Source of the DNA: Candidatus Atopostipes pullistercoris
GTDB taxonomy: Bacteria > Bacillota > Bacilli > Lactobacillales > Carnobacteriaceae_A
Length of the DNA stretch: 64,000 bases
Reading direction: 5' to 3'
Assembly: GCA_019116785.1 (NCBI GenBank)
Contig: DXAZ01000033.1
Coordinates: 2,941 to 66,940, forward strand
Shown one piece after another: positions 9,491 to 20,668 of the stretch. The notes below the pieces were generated by a model. It saw nothing but the letters and a program-made list of their open reading frames with translations, had not been told where the DNA came from and searched no databases. Each line of letters starts with the position of its first letter. Position 1 is the stretch's first letter. The position numbers and the translations under genes were made by a program.

Positions 9491-11152
9491 TTATTTTACT
9501 TCCATAATGACTGGTAAAATAATCGGTCTTCTTTTCGTCTCTTTAAACAAGTAAGAGCCTAATTCGTCCCGCACATTAGATTTTAATGTACTCCATGAAA
9601 ATCTTTTATCTTGAATCGTTTCTTGAACAACTTTAGAGACAATCTTATTCCCTTCGTCAATTAAATCTTGACTTTCCTTCGCAAAAACAAAGCCGCGAGT
9701 GACAGTATAAGGACCGGAGATTATTTTTTTCTGACGACGATTGATTGTACAAACAGAAACAAATATTCCGTCATCCGCTAGTATTCTCCGATCACGAAGA
9801 ACAATATTACCAACATCTCCAATACCAATTCCATCAATAAGAGTATTTTCAGCTGGAACTTGCCCTGTTTGTCGCATGGTTCCATTTGTGTATTCTAAAA
9901 CATCTCCATTACTAATAATAAAAATATTTCGATAAGGAATACCCGTCTGATGAGCTAGATCAGCATGAGCAGCTAGCATACGGTATTCCCCTTGAATCGG
10001 AATAAAATAAGTCGGATTCAATAAGTTAATCATCCATTGTAAATCATTTGGCGTAGCATGACCGGAAGCTTTTAAGTTATCTGAAATCGTCTTAACTGTC
10101 CCGCCTGCGCGATAAACCTGATTTTCAGTTTTTGCTACCATAACTTCCATTGTGGAAGAAGGACTTGTTACGATGTACACTAAGTCACCTTTTTTGATGG
10201 TCACTTGGTTGTGCAATCCACGAGCCATTTCATCTAGGGTTTGGATAGGTTCGCCCGCTCCACCTGTTTCTAAAATAACAATTTCTTCATCCTCATAATC
10301 TTTGATTTTATGAATCGGAACAAATAAATCTTCTTCAGGTAAAGTCAGCTTTTCTAAATCTAGAGCAATTTGCATGATTGATTCAATATGTCGACCCGAA
10401 ATAAAGACTTTCCGGCCAAAACGACTAGCAGCATCCAATACTTGTTGAATGCGTAAAATATTACTAGCAACAGCAACTACAATAATGCGGCCTTTTGTTT
10501 CTTGAAAGGTTTTAAACACTTCCGCTTGAACATCAGATTCTAAGACATTCTCCGATAAGCTTTCTGCATCCATTGAATCACTCAAAAGAGCTAAAACGCC
10601 TTCTCTTCCGATTTCACTAATTTGGCCGTAATCTGTTTTATAATCACCAGTAGCTGTTTGGTCAAATTTAAAGTTTCCGGTATATACAATATTTCCTTCA
10701 TCTGTACGAACAGCTATCCCCATAGAATCTGGAATAGTATGTGTTGTTCTGAAAAAACGAATTACAATTCCATCGAAATCAATTTCGACTTCTTCATCAA
10801 TCGCATGATAATCATCAAACTGGATATCTAATCCAGCCTCTTCAACATACCATTTAGCTAATGAAATCGTTAATTCTGAGCCAAACACTGGGACATCAAA
10901 CTGATCTAGAAAATACGGCAAGGCACCAATCGCATCTTCATGTCCATGCGTTAAAAAGACCCCCGCTATTTTATCTACATTTTTCTCTAAATAGGTAAAG
11001 TCAGGAATGACTGCATCTATCCCGTACAACTGATCCTCGGGATAAGCTAGACCGCAATCTAGCACAAATATGGTATCATCAATTTCGACAACATACATAT
11101 TTCGCGCATTCTCTCGAACTCCACCTAAAGGAATAATCTTTAGGTTATTCAA
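9491..11152 (-). CDS. rnjB: ribonuclease J, J2-type paralog
   Basis: 553 aa. Beta-lactamase/beta-CASP/RNase J C-terminal architecture; N-terminus MNNLKIIPLGGVRENARNMYVVEI. Metal motif reads THGHEDAIG, with the last His of HxHxDH replaced by Ala. A second paralog lies at 43635. Confidence 0.85.
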   Translation of the reverse strand: MNNLKIIPLGGVRENARNMYVVEIDDTIFVLDCGLAYPEDQLYGIDAVIPDFTYLEKNVDKIAGVFLTHGHEDAIGALPYFLDQFDVPVFGSELTISLAKWYVEEAGLDIQFDDYHAIDEEVEIDFDGIVIRFFRTTHTIPDSMGIAVRTDEGNIVYTGNFKFDQTATGDYKTDYGQISEIGREGVLALLSDSMDAESLSENVLESDVQAEVFKTFQETKGRIIVVAVASNILRIQQVLDAASRFGRKVFISGRHIESIMQIALDLEKLTLPEEDLFVPIHKIKDYEDEEIVILETGGAGEPIQTLDEMARGLHNQVTIKKGDLVYIVTSPSSTMEVMVAKTENQVYRAGGTVKTISDNLKASGHATPNDLQWMINLLNPTYFIPIQGEYRMLAAHADLAHQTGIPYRNIFIISNGDVLEYTNGTMRQTGQVPAENTLIDGIGIGDVGNIVLRDRRILADDGIFVSVCTINRRQKKIISGPYTVTRGFVFAKESQDLIDEGNKIVSKVVQETIQDKRFSWSTLKSNVRDELGSYLFKETKRRPIILPVIMEVK

Positions 11153-11274
11153 TCAAAACCACCTTCTAATCTCTCATTTATATCGTTCGTTTTATTGAAA
11201 CTAAGTATAGCATAAGTAGAAATCGTTTTGAAATACGAGTGATTTCAATAAAACATAGGGTTTTATTTTTCAAC

Positions 11275-11355
11275 AAAAAAATGCAGCAGAAAGATTCACT
11301 TCAAGTATTTATTAGACCAACAAATTGACTTAAGCAAATAAACCCTCTGCTACAT
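11275..11355 (-). terminator. long structured terminator after pnp
   Basis: On the minus strand, ATGTAGCAGA ... TCTGCTGCAT (10 bp with one G-U) is followed by a T-run. The large ~55-nt interior has further pairing potential. Confidence 0.4.
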
Positions 11356-11382
11356 CCTAATTATTTTGTCATTGAATTAAAA

Positions 11383-13512
11383 TTATTTTTCTTCTTTTTT
11401 TCGGTCTTCCATGACGGCTTTATGAGACAAGTTGACGCGTCCGAGCTTATCGACTTCTAATACTTTAACTTCTAATTTGTCTCCGACAGATACGACATCA
11501 GACGTATTTTTTACAAAGCGATCGGAAATTTCTGACACATGGCATAAACCTTCAGTTCCTTTGAAAATTTCTACAAAGGCACCGTAACTTTCTACACGTT
11601 TAACTGTCCCATTATAGATTTTACCAACTTCGACTTCTTCTGTTAATTCTTCAATGATCTCTTTAGCACGAGCAATCATTTCAGCATCTTCGCCATAAAT
11701 TGAAACTAAACCTTCGTCATCAATATCAATCTTCACATCTGTTTCTTCGATAATCTTATTGATCGTTTCGCCACCTTTACCGATCACTACTTTAATCTTA
11801 TCTGGATTGATATTCATTGATTCAATTTTAGGTGCATAGGCACTTAATTCTTCTCGTGGTTTTGAAATTTCAGCTTCAATGTTGTCTAAAATATGGTAAC
11901 GAGCTTTTTTAGCAGCTTCTAGAGCTTCTTCAAGTATTTTAGGAGTGATCCCTTCGATTTTAATATCCATTTGTAAAGCAGTAATTCCTTCACGAGTTCC
12001 AGCTACTTTAAAGTCCATATCCCCTAAGTGGTCTTCTAAACCTTGGATATCCGTCAAAATCGTATAATCTTCATCTTCCATTACAAGTCCCATAGCAATC
12101 CCACCAACAGGAGCTTTGATTGGAACACCTGCATCCATTAAAGAAAGGGTTGCTCCACAAATACTTGCCTGTGACGAAGATCCGTTTGATTCTAAGACTT
12201 CTGAAACAACTCGGATCATATATGGAAACTCTTCTTCACTAGGAATAACTGGTCTTAGAGCTTTTTCACCAAGAGCACCATGTCCAATTTCACGACGGCC
12301 TGGTGCGCCTACTCTTCCAGTTTCACCAACAGAGAAATTCGGGAAGTTATAATGGTGAATAAATCGTTTCTTCTCTTCACTACCTAATCCGTCTATGACT
12401 TGGTATTCATTTAGTGGACCTAATGTAGTCGTAGATAAAGCTTGTGTTTGTCCTCGTGTGAATAAGCCTGATCCATGTACTCGTGGCAATAATCCTGCAA
12501 TAGATTCAAGTGGGCGTACTTCTTCAATACCTCTACCATCTGGGCGGATTTTTTCTTTTGTAATCAAACGGCGAACTTCATCTTTTTCAAGATTATTCAC
12601 CACTTCTTTTACATCGTTTAATAAAGCTTTTAATTCTTCTTCAGATATGTCAGTTTCTGCATATTTAATTTCATACGCTTCAACCACTGCTTCTTTTAAA
12701 GCTTCTGTAGCTTCTGCACGTTCTTGCTTATCATAAATTTGAATAGCTTCTTTCATGCTATCATTATAGGCAGCCGTAATTTCGTCTGTTAGTTCTTGGC
12801 TTGGAAGCAATAATTCCACTTCCATCTTTTCTTCACCAATTTCAGCGATGATTTGTTCTTGAAATTCATTTAATTCTTGTACGGCTTTATGCCCAAACAA
12901 TAAAGCTTCTAACAAATCAGCTTCTGATGCTTGTTCTGCACCACTTTCGACCATATTTATAGCTTGTTTTGTTCCGGCAACTGTCACATTCATATCGGAA
13001 GCTTCTGTTTGTTCTTCAGTAGGATTTAAAACGAGTTCACCATTTACACGACCCACGTTAATGCCGGCAATTGGACCTGCAAAAGGAATTTTTGAAATGC
13101 CTAAAACAAGACTTGAACCTAACATAGCAGTCATCTCTGGAGAATTATCTGGATCAACAGAGAGTACTGTATTGATAATTTGAACTTCATTACGATACCC
13201 TTCTGGGAACAAAGGACGAATTGGGCGATCAATTAAACGAGAGGTCAAAGTTGCATGCTCAGATGGTCGACCTTCACGTTTAATAAAACCACCAGGAATT
13301 TTCCCTACTGCATACATTTTCTCTTCGTAGTTTACGGTTAATGGAAAAAATGGTAACGTAGATGGTTTTTCACTACCTACCACTGTAGACAAAACAACGG
13401 TTTCTCCATAACGTAATAAAGCAGCAGCGGAAGCTTGTTTGGCTACTTGACCAATTTCTACAACCAGTTCACGTCCTGCTACTTGGGTTTTAAATACTTT
13501 TTTTTCGGACAT
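11383..13512 (-). CDS. pnp: polyribonucleotide nucleotidyltransferase (PNPase)
   Basis: Two RNase PH domains plus KH and S1 ([20 protein letters not shown]). Start trimmed to ATG 13512 (MSEKKVFKT), preceded by AAAGGAGAA. Confidence 0.93.
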   Translation of the reverse strand: MSEKKVFKTQVAGRELVVEIGQVAKQASAAALLRYGETVVLSTVVGSEKPSTLPFFPLTVNYEEKMYAVGKIPGGFIKREGRPSEHATLTSRLIDRPIRPLFPEGYRNEVQIINTVLSVDPDNSPEMTAMLGSSLVLGISKIPFAGPIAGINVGRVNGELVLNPTEEQTEASDMNVTVAGTKQAINMVESGAEQASEADLLEALLFGHKAVQELNEFQEQIIAEIGEEKMEVELLLPSQELTDEITAAYNDSMKEAIQIYDKQERAEATEALKEAVVEAYEIKYAETDISEEELKALLNDVKEVVNNLEKDEVRRLITKEKIRPDGRGIEEVRPLESIAGLLPRVHGSGLFTRGQTQALSTTTLGPLNEYQVIDGLGSEEKKRFIHHYNFPNFSVGETGRVGAPGRREIGHGALGEKALRPVIPSEEEFPYMIRVVSEVLESNGSSSQASICGATLSLMDAGVPIKAPVGGIAMGLVMEDEDYTILTDIQGLEDHLGDMDFKVAGTREGITALQMDIKIEGITPKILEEALEAAKKARYHILDNIEAEISKPREELSAYAPKIESMNINPDKIKVVIGKGGETINKIIEETDVKIDIDDEGLVSIYGEDAEMIARAKEIIEELTEEVEVGKIYNGTVKRVESYGAFVEIFKGTEGLCHVSEISDRFVKNTSDVVSVGDKLEVKVLEVDKLGRVNLSHKAVMEDRKKEEK

Positions 13513-13649
13513 AATTTTCTCCTTTTTCTCATTCGAAACAGGAAGGCTACTACTAAACAAAGGTCAAATTTTAAAAGTGTTTGGTACAGTTAAAATTTCA
13601 CATTTGAATAGTAGTTGTATACCCCCTGATTCTTTTCTCTATGTTTTCT

Positions 13650-13683
13650 TTAAAAAGAAAGCGAGATTCAAGAGAATCCCGCA
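13650..13683 (-). terminator. rpsO terminator / pnp attenuator hairpin
   Basis: Minus strand GCGGGATTC-TCTT-GAATCTCGC followed by TTTCTTTTT. Confidence 0.75.
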
Positions 13684-13699
13684 TTCATACTTATACTAA

Positions 13700-13969
13700 T
13701 TAACGACGTAAGCCTAATTTTTGAATTAGGTCACGGTAACGAGTAATATCTTTTTTACGTAAGTAAGCAAGTAAATTACGACGATGACCAATTTTTTTCA
13801 TTAAACCACGTTGTGAATGATAATCTCCATGATGTGTATGCATGTGATCATTCAAATTGTTAATTTCATTTGTTAATAAAGCAATTTGTACTTCTGGAGA
13901 ACCAGTATCTCCTTCATGACGTGCATACTCTTCAATAATTCTTTGTTTTTCATCTTGTGATAATGTCAT
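13700..13969 (-). CDS. rpsO: 30S ribosomal protein S15
   Basis: [33 protein letters not shown]...[12 protein letters not shown] 13969 preceded by GAGAGGTG. The track start (13978) is a GTG inside the RBS. Confidence 0.93.
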   Translation of the reverse strand: MTLSQDEKQRIIEEYARHEGDTGSPEVQIALLTNEINNLNDHMHTHHGDYHSQRGLMKKIGHRRNLLAYLRKKDITRYRDLIQKLGLRR

Positions 13970-14073
13970 GTTCTTCACCTCTCTTTTTTTGTCGAATCCA
14001 TTTACCGAGATAATGTTGGTGATTCATTTATCCAAGTAATGGTCATAGTATTTACGAATCAAATACCTTAATT

Positions 14074-14102
14074 AATATACTAAACATCGCTTAAATAATC
14101 AA
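14074..14102 (-). promoter_or_regulatory. putative rpsO promoter
   Basis: Minus strand TTGATT, 17 nt, TATATT. About 100-nt leader before rpsO. Confidence 0.5.
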
Positions 14103-14143
14103 GTCTTTAAATGAAATAGCTCCGCTATTTGACACATTTTTAA

Positions 14144-16126
14144 TTAGGAGTTTGCTTGTAGTTCTAGCATCGCATCTCGAATAGATGCTGCTTTTTCAAA
14201 TTCTAATTCTTTCGCTGCATGACGCATTTCAAGCTCTAATGTTTCAATCAATTCTCGTTTTTCTGCTTGCGTTAATTTATTAATACTTTCAACAGAGAAA
14301 TCCGAATCCATATCTTCAACAATGGTAGATATACTAATCAGATCTCGTACTTCTTTATGAATCGTTGTTGGAGTAATTCCATGTTTTTCATTATATTCTG
14401 TTTGGATGGCACGACGTCTTTGCGTTTCATCAATAGCCACACGCATGGATCGTGTAATATGATCCGCATACATCAAAACTTGTCCATTTTCATTACGAGC
14501 GGCACGGCCAATCGTTTGAATTAAAGAAGTCTCATTACGTAAAAAGCCTTCTTTATCTGCATCTAATATGGCGACTAAAGAAACTTCAGGGACATCCAGT
14601 CCTTCTCGAAGGAGGTTAATCCCAATTAAAACATCAAACTCACCCATTCGTAAATTACGAATAATCTCTGTTCGTTCCAGGGTTTTTACATCGCTGTGTA
14701 AATATTCAACCTTTATCCCTACCTCTTTAAAGTAATCGGTAAGATCTTCTGCCATCTTTTTCGTTAATGTCGTAATAAAGACCCGTTCATCACGCTCTAC
14801 TCGCCGATTAATTTCTTCTATTAAATCATCGATTTGTCCTTCAATTGGTCGTACATCAATCAATGGATCCAATAAACCGGTTGGACGAATAATTTGCTCT
14901 GTAATTCGAGAGGAACGTTCTTTTTCATAATCGGCAGGTGTTGCTGAAATATAAGTGATTTGTGGTACGCGTTCTTCAAATTCTTCAATGGTTAATGGTC
15001 GGTTGTCCAATGCACTCGGCAAACGGAAACCATGTTCCACAAGCATTTCTTTACGTGAACGGTCACCTTTATACATTCCCCGAATCTGTGGCATAGTAAT
15101 ATGCGATTCATCCACAATAAACAAAGAATCTGATGGGAAAAAATCTAATAAAGTATATGGAGGTTCTCCTGGTTTCCGACCGTCTAAATGACGTGAATAG
15201 TTCTCAATTCCAGATACATAGCCCATTTCTAGTAACATTTCTAAATCATAATTTGTTCTTTGTTCTAATCTTTGAGCCTCTAATAACTTATTCTCTTTTT
15301 CTAAAACCTTCAATCGTTCCTCTAACTCTTCACTAATTGAAGACATAGCTACTCTGTTTTGTTCCTCAGTAGAAACGAAATGAGTTGCTGGGAAAATAGC
15401 AACATAATCTAAATCTGCTTGAATTTCACCGGTTAGAGAATCTATTTCTCGAATACGATCAATTTCATCTCCAAAAAACTCTACTCGTACCGTTACTTCT
15501 CCTCTAGAAGGAAGAAAAATCTCCACACTATCTCCACGAACACGAAAACGTCCTCGTTGAAAATCAATATCATTTCGTTCAAATTGCATATCTACCAACA
15601 TATGCAACAACTCATCACGACTCATCTCTGCTCCAACACGCAGTGACTTCACATGCTCTTTATAATCTTCTGGATTTACTAACCCATAAATACAAGAAAC
15701 AGAAGCCACTACAATCGTGTCGCGACGTTCAACTAAGGAACTCGTCGCAGAATGACGAAGTTTATCTATCTCATCATTGATACTTGCATCTTTTTCAATG
15801 AAAGTATCGGTTGAAGGAACATAAGCTTCTGGTTGGTAATAATCATAATAACTCACAAAATATTCCACAGCATTTTCCGGGAAGAACTCTTTAAACTCAG
15901 AATATAACTGACCTGCTAAGGTTTTATTATGTGCAATCACTAATGTTGGCTTGTTTACTTGCTCGATAACATTCGACATGGTAAATGTTTTACCTGTTCC
16001 CGTTGCACCTAGGAGTGTAATCTCCTTTTCGCCTTTTCGGATTCCTTCAACAATATCTTTAATCGCTGTTGGTTGATCCCCACTGGGCTTATATTTAGAA
16101 TGCAACTTAAATTTTGCTTCTTCCAT
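14144..16126 (-). CDS. uvrB: excinuclease ABC subunit B
   Basis: [10 protein letters not shown], Walker [13 protein letters not shown] box, C-terminal UVR domain ([18 protein letters not shown]). Start trimmed to ATG 16126 (MEEAKFKL), preceded by GGAAAGGAA. No uvrA follows it here. Confidence 0.93.
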   Translation of the reverse strand: MEEAKFKLHSKYKPSGDQPTAIKDIVEGIRKGEKEITLLGATGTGKTFTMSNVIEQVNKPTLVIAHNKTLAGQLYSEFKEFFPENAVEYFVSYYDYYQPEAYVPSTDTFIEKDASINDEIDKLRHSATSSLVERRDTIVVASVSCIYGLVNPEDYKEHVKSLRVGAEMSRDELLHMLVDMQFERNDIDFQRGRFRVRGDSVEIFLPSRGEVTVRVEFFGDEIDRIREIDSLTGEIQADLDYVAIFPATHFVSTEEQNRVAMSSISEELEERLKVLEKENKLLEAQRLEQRTNYDLEMLLEMGYVSGIENYSRHLDGRKPGEPPYTLLDFFPSDSLFIVDESHITMPQIRGMYKGDRSRKEMLVEHGFRLPSALDNRPLTIEEFEERVPQITYISATPADYEKERSSRITEQIIRPTGLLDPLIDVRPIEGQIDDLIEEINRRVERDERVFITTLTKKMAEDLTDYFKEVGIKVEYLHSDVKTLERTEIIRNLRMGEFDVLIGINLLREGLDVPEVSLVAILDADKEGFLRNETSLIQTIGRAARNENGQVLMYADHITRSMRVAIDETQRRRAIQTEYNEKHGITPTTIHKEVRDLISISTIVEDMDSDFSVESINKLTQAEKRELIETLELEMRHAAKELEFEKAASIRDAMLELQANS

Positions 16127-16282
16127 AACCGATTCCTTTCCGTAATAATTTCCATTAAAAGCATAACATAATAACAGTAAAAAAGCCCTCTGATTGATTG
16201 TTTTCTCTTCCAAATAACCAGATCGTTATTGGACAATTTACAATCACCAGATGAGCTTTTTGTTTAATTTTGATTCATTGTT

Positions 16283-16540
16283 TTATTGGTTGTTTACTAT
16301 TTTTTGTAAACGTGATTTTTCTCGTGCAGCTTTGTTCTTGTGGATTAATCCTTTGCTTGCTGCTGAATCAATTAGACCAAGTGCATCGTTTAATAACTCA
16401 TTTGTATTCTCTGCATTTTCTTCTGCAGCAGCAATCACTTTTCTAATGGCTGAACGAGTTGCGGTTGCTTGTCCTTTTTGACGTGCTCTATTTTTTTCAT
16501 TTTGACGAACACGTTTTTTAGCTTGTGCTGATGTTGCCAT
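16283..16540 (-). CDS. rpsT: 30S ribosomal protein S20
   Basis: 85 aa, basic. AKKRVRQNEKNRARQ...GLIHKNKAAREKSRL. AAAGGAG RBS. Confidence 0.9.
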   Translation of the reverse strand: MATSAQAKKRVRQNEKNRARQKGQATATRSAIRKVIAAAEENAENTNELLNDALGLIDSAASKGLIHKNKAAREKSRLQKIVNNQ

Positions 16541-16627
16541 CTAAAACACTCCTTTTCAGATAATCTATCATTTAAATATTATTCATTGAGTAGTTAAATA
16601 AAGTACCCTAATATTTTAACATTTTAT

Positions 16628-16656
16628 AGTATACAAAATTTTAAAGAAAAAAGCAA
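16628..16656 (-). promoter_or_regulatory. putative rpsT promoter
   Basis: Minus strand TTGCTT, 17 nt, TATACT, with a TG one base upstream of the -10 (extended -10). Confidence 0.55.
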
Positions 16657-16696
16657 TTATTAAAAATATTTTTTGTTGTTCCTTAGAAGCAAAGAA

Positions 16697-17737
16697 TCAA
16701 CTGTAAACTTTACTTTGTTGGGCAAAACGCATAATAAATAATTCAATCTGTAATTCTTGATCAATTTGTCCGGTTTTCATTTTATAATCGGCATCAATTA
16801 AATAATCTAAAGCTTCGGATAACAATTTTTGATCATAACGTTGAACATTTTGTAAAGCTAATTTCACGCGATAGGGATGAACTTTAAGGACTTTTGCAAT
16901 ATCTCCTTGGGGATAGCCTTGTTTTTTTAAAATTTTCACCTGCAAAAGCAAACGAAACTGTGAAATGAGTAAGGCTACAATCTTAATGGGCTCTTCTTTT
17001 TGCACTAGTAAATCATGATAAGCTTCAATAGAAGCTTCTACTTGATTGTTAAGAACTAAAGTATTCAATTCAAAGACATTTTGTTCCAAAGATTTTGGAA
17101 CTAAATATTGAATGGAATCTTTGGTTATTTTTTTCGAATCCACATGATATAAAAACAACTTACTTAGTTCATGCATCATTTTCGTTAGCTGACCGTCTGT
17201 TCTTTCCATAAATAATTGAAAAGCACCATCCGTCATTTGATAACCTTTTTCTTTTATGATTTCTTTAACATATCGATTAACTTCATTAGGATAAGGAGAT
17301 GAGACATCAATGAATTGAGCATTTTTTTCTAAAGATTTCGTGATTTTCTTGCGTCGATCTAATTTTTCATAAGGCGCAAACAAGACCAAAATCGTAAATT
17401 CAGCTGGATTTTTTATGTACTCTTCTAATTCATCTATATTATGATTGGGAGCATTTTTTACTTTTTTACCTGTTAAAAAATAGGGATTCTGTACAAAAAC
17501 TACTTTTTGATCACCAAAAAATGGAAAGGAGGATGCTTCAAACAAAGCATCATTAATCGTATCTTCTTCCATGTCGAAACTAGAAAAATTTAAATCCATT
17601 GCTTCTTCATCTAAAGCTTCTTCTATGATTGTTTCACGTATCTGTTCAATAAAATAGCGCTCTTCTCCAAGAACTAAATAGATTGGAGCATAATTGCCTT
17701 TTTTAATATTCGCTAATTCTTTTTGGATATTTTTCAT
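16697..17737 (-). CDS. holA: DNA polymerase III delta subunit
   Basis: 346 aa. N-terminus ...GNYAPIYLVLGEERYFIEQ. Conserved position downstream of comEC. Confidence 0.85.
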   Translation of the reverse strand: MKNIQKELANIKKGNYAPIYLVLGEERYFIEQIRETIIEEALDEEAMDLNFSSFDMEEDTINDALFEASSFPFFGDQKVVFVQNPYFLTGKKVKNAPNHNIDELEEYIKNPAEFTILVLFAPYEKLDRRKKITKSLEKNAQFIDVSSPYPNEVNRYVKEIIKEKGYQMTDGAFQLFMERTDGQLTKMMHELSKLFLYHVDSKKITKDSIQYLVPKSLEQNVFELNTLVLNNQVEASIEAYHDLLVQKEEPIKIVALLISQFRLLLQVKILKKQGYPQGDIAKVLKVHPYRVKLALQNVQRYDQKLLSEALDYLIDADYKMKTGQIDQELQIELFIMRFAQQSKVYS

Positions 17738-17745
17738 TTTTTCAC

Positions 17746-20076
17746 CTAATTTTTATATACTGTATAAGTTTTGATAAACCAATGTTTTACAAAAGGAATT
17801 TTATAGTATTTAACCATTATCGCTCCCTGTTCAGCTGTAGTGAATGTGTGAATATTCATCTCTTCTAATCGTTTTAGAACTTCTTCATTTGGATGACCAT
17901 ATGAATTATTTTTTCCTGCTGAAATAAAAGCTTGATGAGGTTGAATTTGATTTAATAATTCTTGTGTAGTAGAAGTTTTACTTCCATGATGAGCCACTTT
18001 TAAATTGTTTACTCTTAAATTGGGGTAACGGGCTCTTATTTCTTGTTCAGCTTCTGTTTGTATATCTCCTGTAAAAAGCCATGTATCTTCCCCTATTTTA
18101 ACATACAAAGTTAAAGAATCGTTATTTTTACTTTCTTCTTCATTTATAGGATAAATAGCCAGTGTATTTTTTGTTGGGTACTCTACAACTGACGGCGGTT
18201 TGATGATTTGTAATTTGGTATTTTTTAAAGTTTGAATTTGTTTTTGAATCATTTCATCTTTAAATGTTGCTTTTGTTGCAACAATTTTTTTAATCGGCAA
18301 GCAATTTCCAAGACTTTGAATTTCTCCACAATGATCTGTATCCGCATGGGTAATGTATAAACAATCCACACGGGAAATTCCTAGAGATTTTAACGAGGGA
18401 GCAATCGTTTGACTTCCGATTGAATAATTCTGATCCCTTTTTTGCCAGGCTTCTTCAGTCCCCCAACTAACTTCCCCTCCTGTATCAATCATCGTTACTT
18501 TTCCAGTTATGGGTTCTTTAATTAAAATCGAATCTCCCTGCCCAACATCTAGCACTAAGACATAACCAACAGGAGAAATTTGATAAAAAAACAAACTAAA
18601 TAACAAACCCCCCACAGAAATAAAAGAAGGCCATTTCTTATTTTCTATGTTGGAGAGGATTTTAAAGATACACCAAATAAAGAACAAAGTAACTAAAATA
18701 GGCAGACGTCCAATAACAAAAGAAAAGTCGAATGTTTTATTGAATAGAGTCAAGCCCTTTTCCAGTAAAATAATTATAGCTGCCAATAAATCATTTAAAA
18801 GAGAAAATAAAAAAGTAGAAGCTATCAAAGGAGATACACAAAAGAGAATTAGCAACGCTGGAAAAAATATATATGTAAAAAATGGAATAAACAAAATATT
18901 TGTAAAAATAGTGATCCAAGAAAATTCAAAAAAATGATAGGCTAGAATAGGTAGACTAGCCAATGTACTCATTAAGCAAAATAAGCCATTTTGTAAAAAG
19001 ACGGTTAATTTTTGTATCCAATCTTGATTGCTCATTAAAATAAACAAACCACTCAATAAATAACTCAGCTGAAAAGAAATACCAAGTGCTTGATAAGGAT
19101 TTAAAAAGAGAGCAATCAAGATTGTAAAAGACCAAGCATCTAATGGAGTAATTTTTATTTTTCTTATTTGCCCTACTAGAATAATAAATGAGTGGAAGGT
19201 TGCTCGAAATATACTGACTCCTAAACCAGCTAACCAACAATAAAAAGGTAAAATAAATATGAGAACAAGGTTGGTTCGTTCATGAGTAATACCCAGTCGC
19301 AATAGCAAATGACGAATAAGACGAACTAAATAACTAATATGAAAGCCTGAGATACTAAATAAATGAATCACACCAATTGCGCGATAGTTTTTTAAAGTGA
19401 GTTCAGAAAAATCACGTTTATCCGCAAATAATAATATTTTTAAATAGGAACCAATTAGTGGATGGAAGGTCTCATCAATATAATGAAAAATTTTAACCCG
19501 CAAGGATTCCATAAAAGAAAACATAGGTTTTTTTAACTCTTCAGATTCCACATGTTGAATATTTTCAGCTTCTAGTTGCCAATGAATATTTTGCTGATTT
19601 AAATAATCACGATAATTAAATTGATAGAAATTTCTGTTTTCAGAAGGTTCCTTTAATTCTCCCTTGATGTATAAAAAATCAGTTAATGATCTCTGACTCC
19701 ATTTTTCTTTTTCAGCCTCTGTCTTTAGTCGATAATGAACCACAATTTTTTCGGTGCATGTTTCTGATTGAACAACTCCTTCAAATCGAAAGTTGTCTCC
19801 GTCTATTTTTACGGAAGAAGCTCTTGGGAAAATTATAAATTCTCGTTCTACTGGGTCTAATTTCGTCTGGTTTCTATTTTGATGAAAAAACAAAGCCCCA
19901 CAAAACAGTAAATTAATAAGCACTGTCATAATTAAAGTCTCTTTGTGTTTTAAACAGAGAATACGAATGAACCAAAAGACATAGAGTACAATGCCCAACC
20001 AAAAATGATGGGTCACGCCTATAATTAACAGCGGAATACAAGCTATTGCTGGAAAAATCCATAAACCTTTTGTCAT
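17746..20076 (-). CDS. comEC: DNA internalization competence protein ComEC/Rec2
   Basis: 776 aa polytopic membrane protein with a C-terminal metallo-beta-lactamase domain (LVLDVGQGDSILI...YITHADTDHCGE...VAHHGSK). Confidence 0.9.
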   Translation of the reverse strand: MTKGLWIFPAIACIPLLIIGVTHHFWLGIVLYVFWFIRILCLKHKETLIMTVLINLLFCGALFFHQNRNQTKLDPVEREFIIFPRASSVKIDGDNFRFEGVVQSETCTEKIVVHYRLKTEAEKEKWSQRSLTDFLYIKGELKEPSENRNFYQFNYRDYLNQQNIHWQLEAENIQHVESEELKKPMFSFMESLRVKIFHYIDETFHPLIGSYLKILLFADKRDFSELTLKNYRAIGVIHLFSISGFHISYLVRLIRHLLLRLGITHERTNLVLIFILPFYCWLAGLGVSIFRATFHSFIILVGQIRKIKITPLDAWSFTILIALFLNPYQALGISFQLSYLLSGLFILMSNQDWIQKLTVFLQNGLFCLMSTLASLPILAYHFFEFSWITIFTNILFIPFFTYIFFPALLILFCVSPLIASTFLFSLLNDLLAAIIILLEKGLTLFNKTFDFSFVIGRLPILVTLFFIWCIFKILSNIENKKWPSFISVGGLLFSLFFYQISPVGYVLVLDVGQGDSILIKEPITGKVTMIDTGGEVSWGTEEAWQKRDQNYSIGSQTIAPSLKSLGISRVDCLYITHADTDHCGEIQSLGNCLPIKKIVATKATFKDEMIQKQIQTLKNTKLQIIKPPSVVEYPTKNTLAIYPINEEESKNNDSLTLYVKIGEDTWLFTGDIQTEAEQEIRARYPNLRVNNLKVAHHGSKTSTTQELLNQIQPHQAFISAGKNNSYGHPNEEVLKRLEEMNIHTFTTAEQGAIMVKYYKIPFVKHWFIKTYTVYKN

Positions 20077-20099
20077 TCATATCACTCGATTACTAGTTA

Positions 20100-20570
20100 T
20101 TATTTTGAGAAATCTACTGGAACCTTTTGGAAAAAGTCCTCCGGCATATCTACTTTTATTATTTTAATATCCGCATGTTCCAACAACTCTTTTGCATATT
20201 CATTATTATTGTAGTCATGTAAGTAATATATATTTTTAATTCCTGCTTGGATAATCATCTTTGTACATTGCAAACAAGGAAAATAGGAAACATAAATATC
20301 TGCCCCTTCTGTTGGACTACCAAACTTTGCACACTGTAAGATGGCGTTGGCTTCGGCATGAATTGTTCGCACACAATGCCCATCTACCACTTTGCAACCT
20401 GCATCAATACAATGAGCATCGCCACTAACCGACCCATTATAACCACCAGAAATTACACGTTTATTTCGTACAATCGTTGCACCAACAGCTAATCTTGTAC
20501 AAGTACTTCGCGTTGAAATTAATAAACTTTGCGCCATAAAATACTGATCCCAAGGAATACGTTTTGTCAT
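20100..20570 (-). CDS. comEB: dCMP deaminase ComEB
   Basis: 156 aa. Cytidine/deoxycytidylate deaminase zinc motifs HAEANAI and PCLQCTKMI. Lies between comEA and comEC. Confidence 0.9.
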   Translation of the reverse strand: MTKRIPWDQYFMAQSLLISTRSTCTRLAVGATIVRNKRVISGGYNGSVSGDAHCIDAGCKVVDGHCVRTIHAEANAILQCAKFGSPTEGADIYVSYFPCLQCTKMIIQAGIKNIYYLHDYNNNEYAKELLEHADIKIIKVDMPEDFFQKVPVDFSK

Positions 20571-20668
20571 TTATAAATCCTCCATTTATCGTTTGTATTT
20601 TCAATTATAACAGTCAAATTATACTAAACGTTATAAAAGGAAGCAATTTTGCTTGAGCGCATGTCTCA

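Noticed and set aside
16009-16236. 75-aa minus-strand ORF, and the N-terminal extensions of track ORFs for uvrB, priA, gmk, cls, pnp, tpx, ireB, mreD and mreC
   Set aside because: The extensions lack an SD and add non-conserved residues ahead of canonical N-termini. An internal start with a good SD exists in every case.
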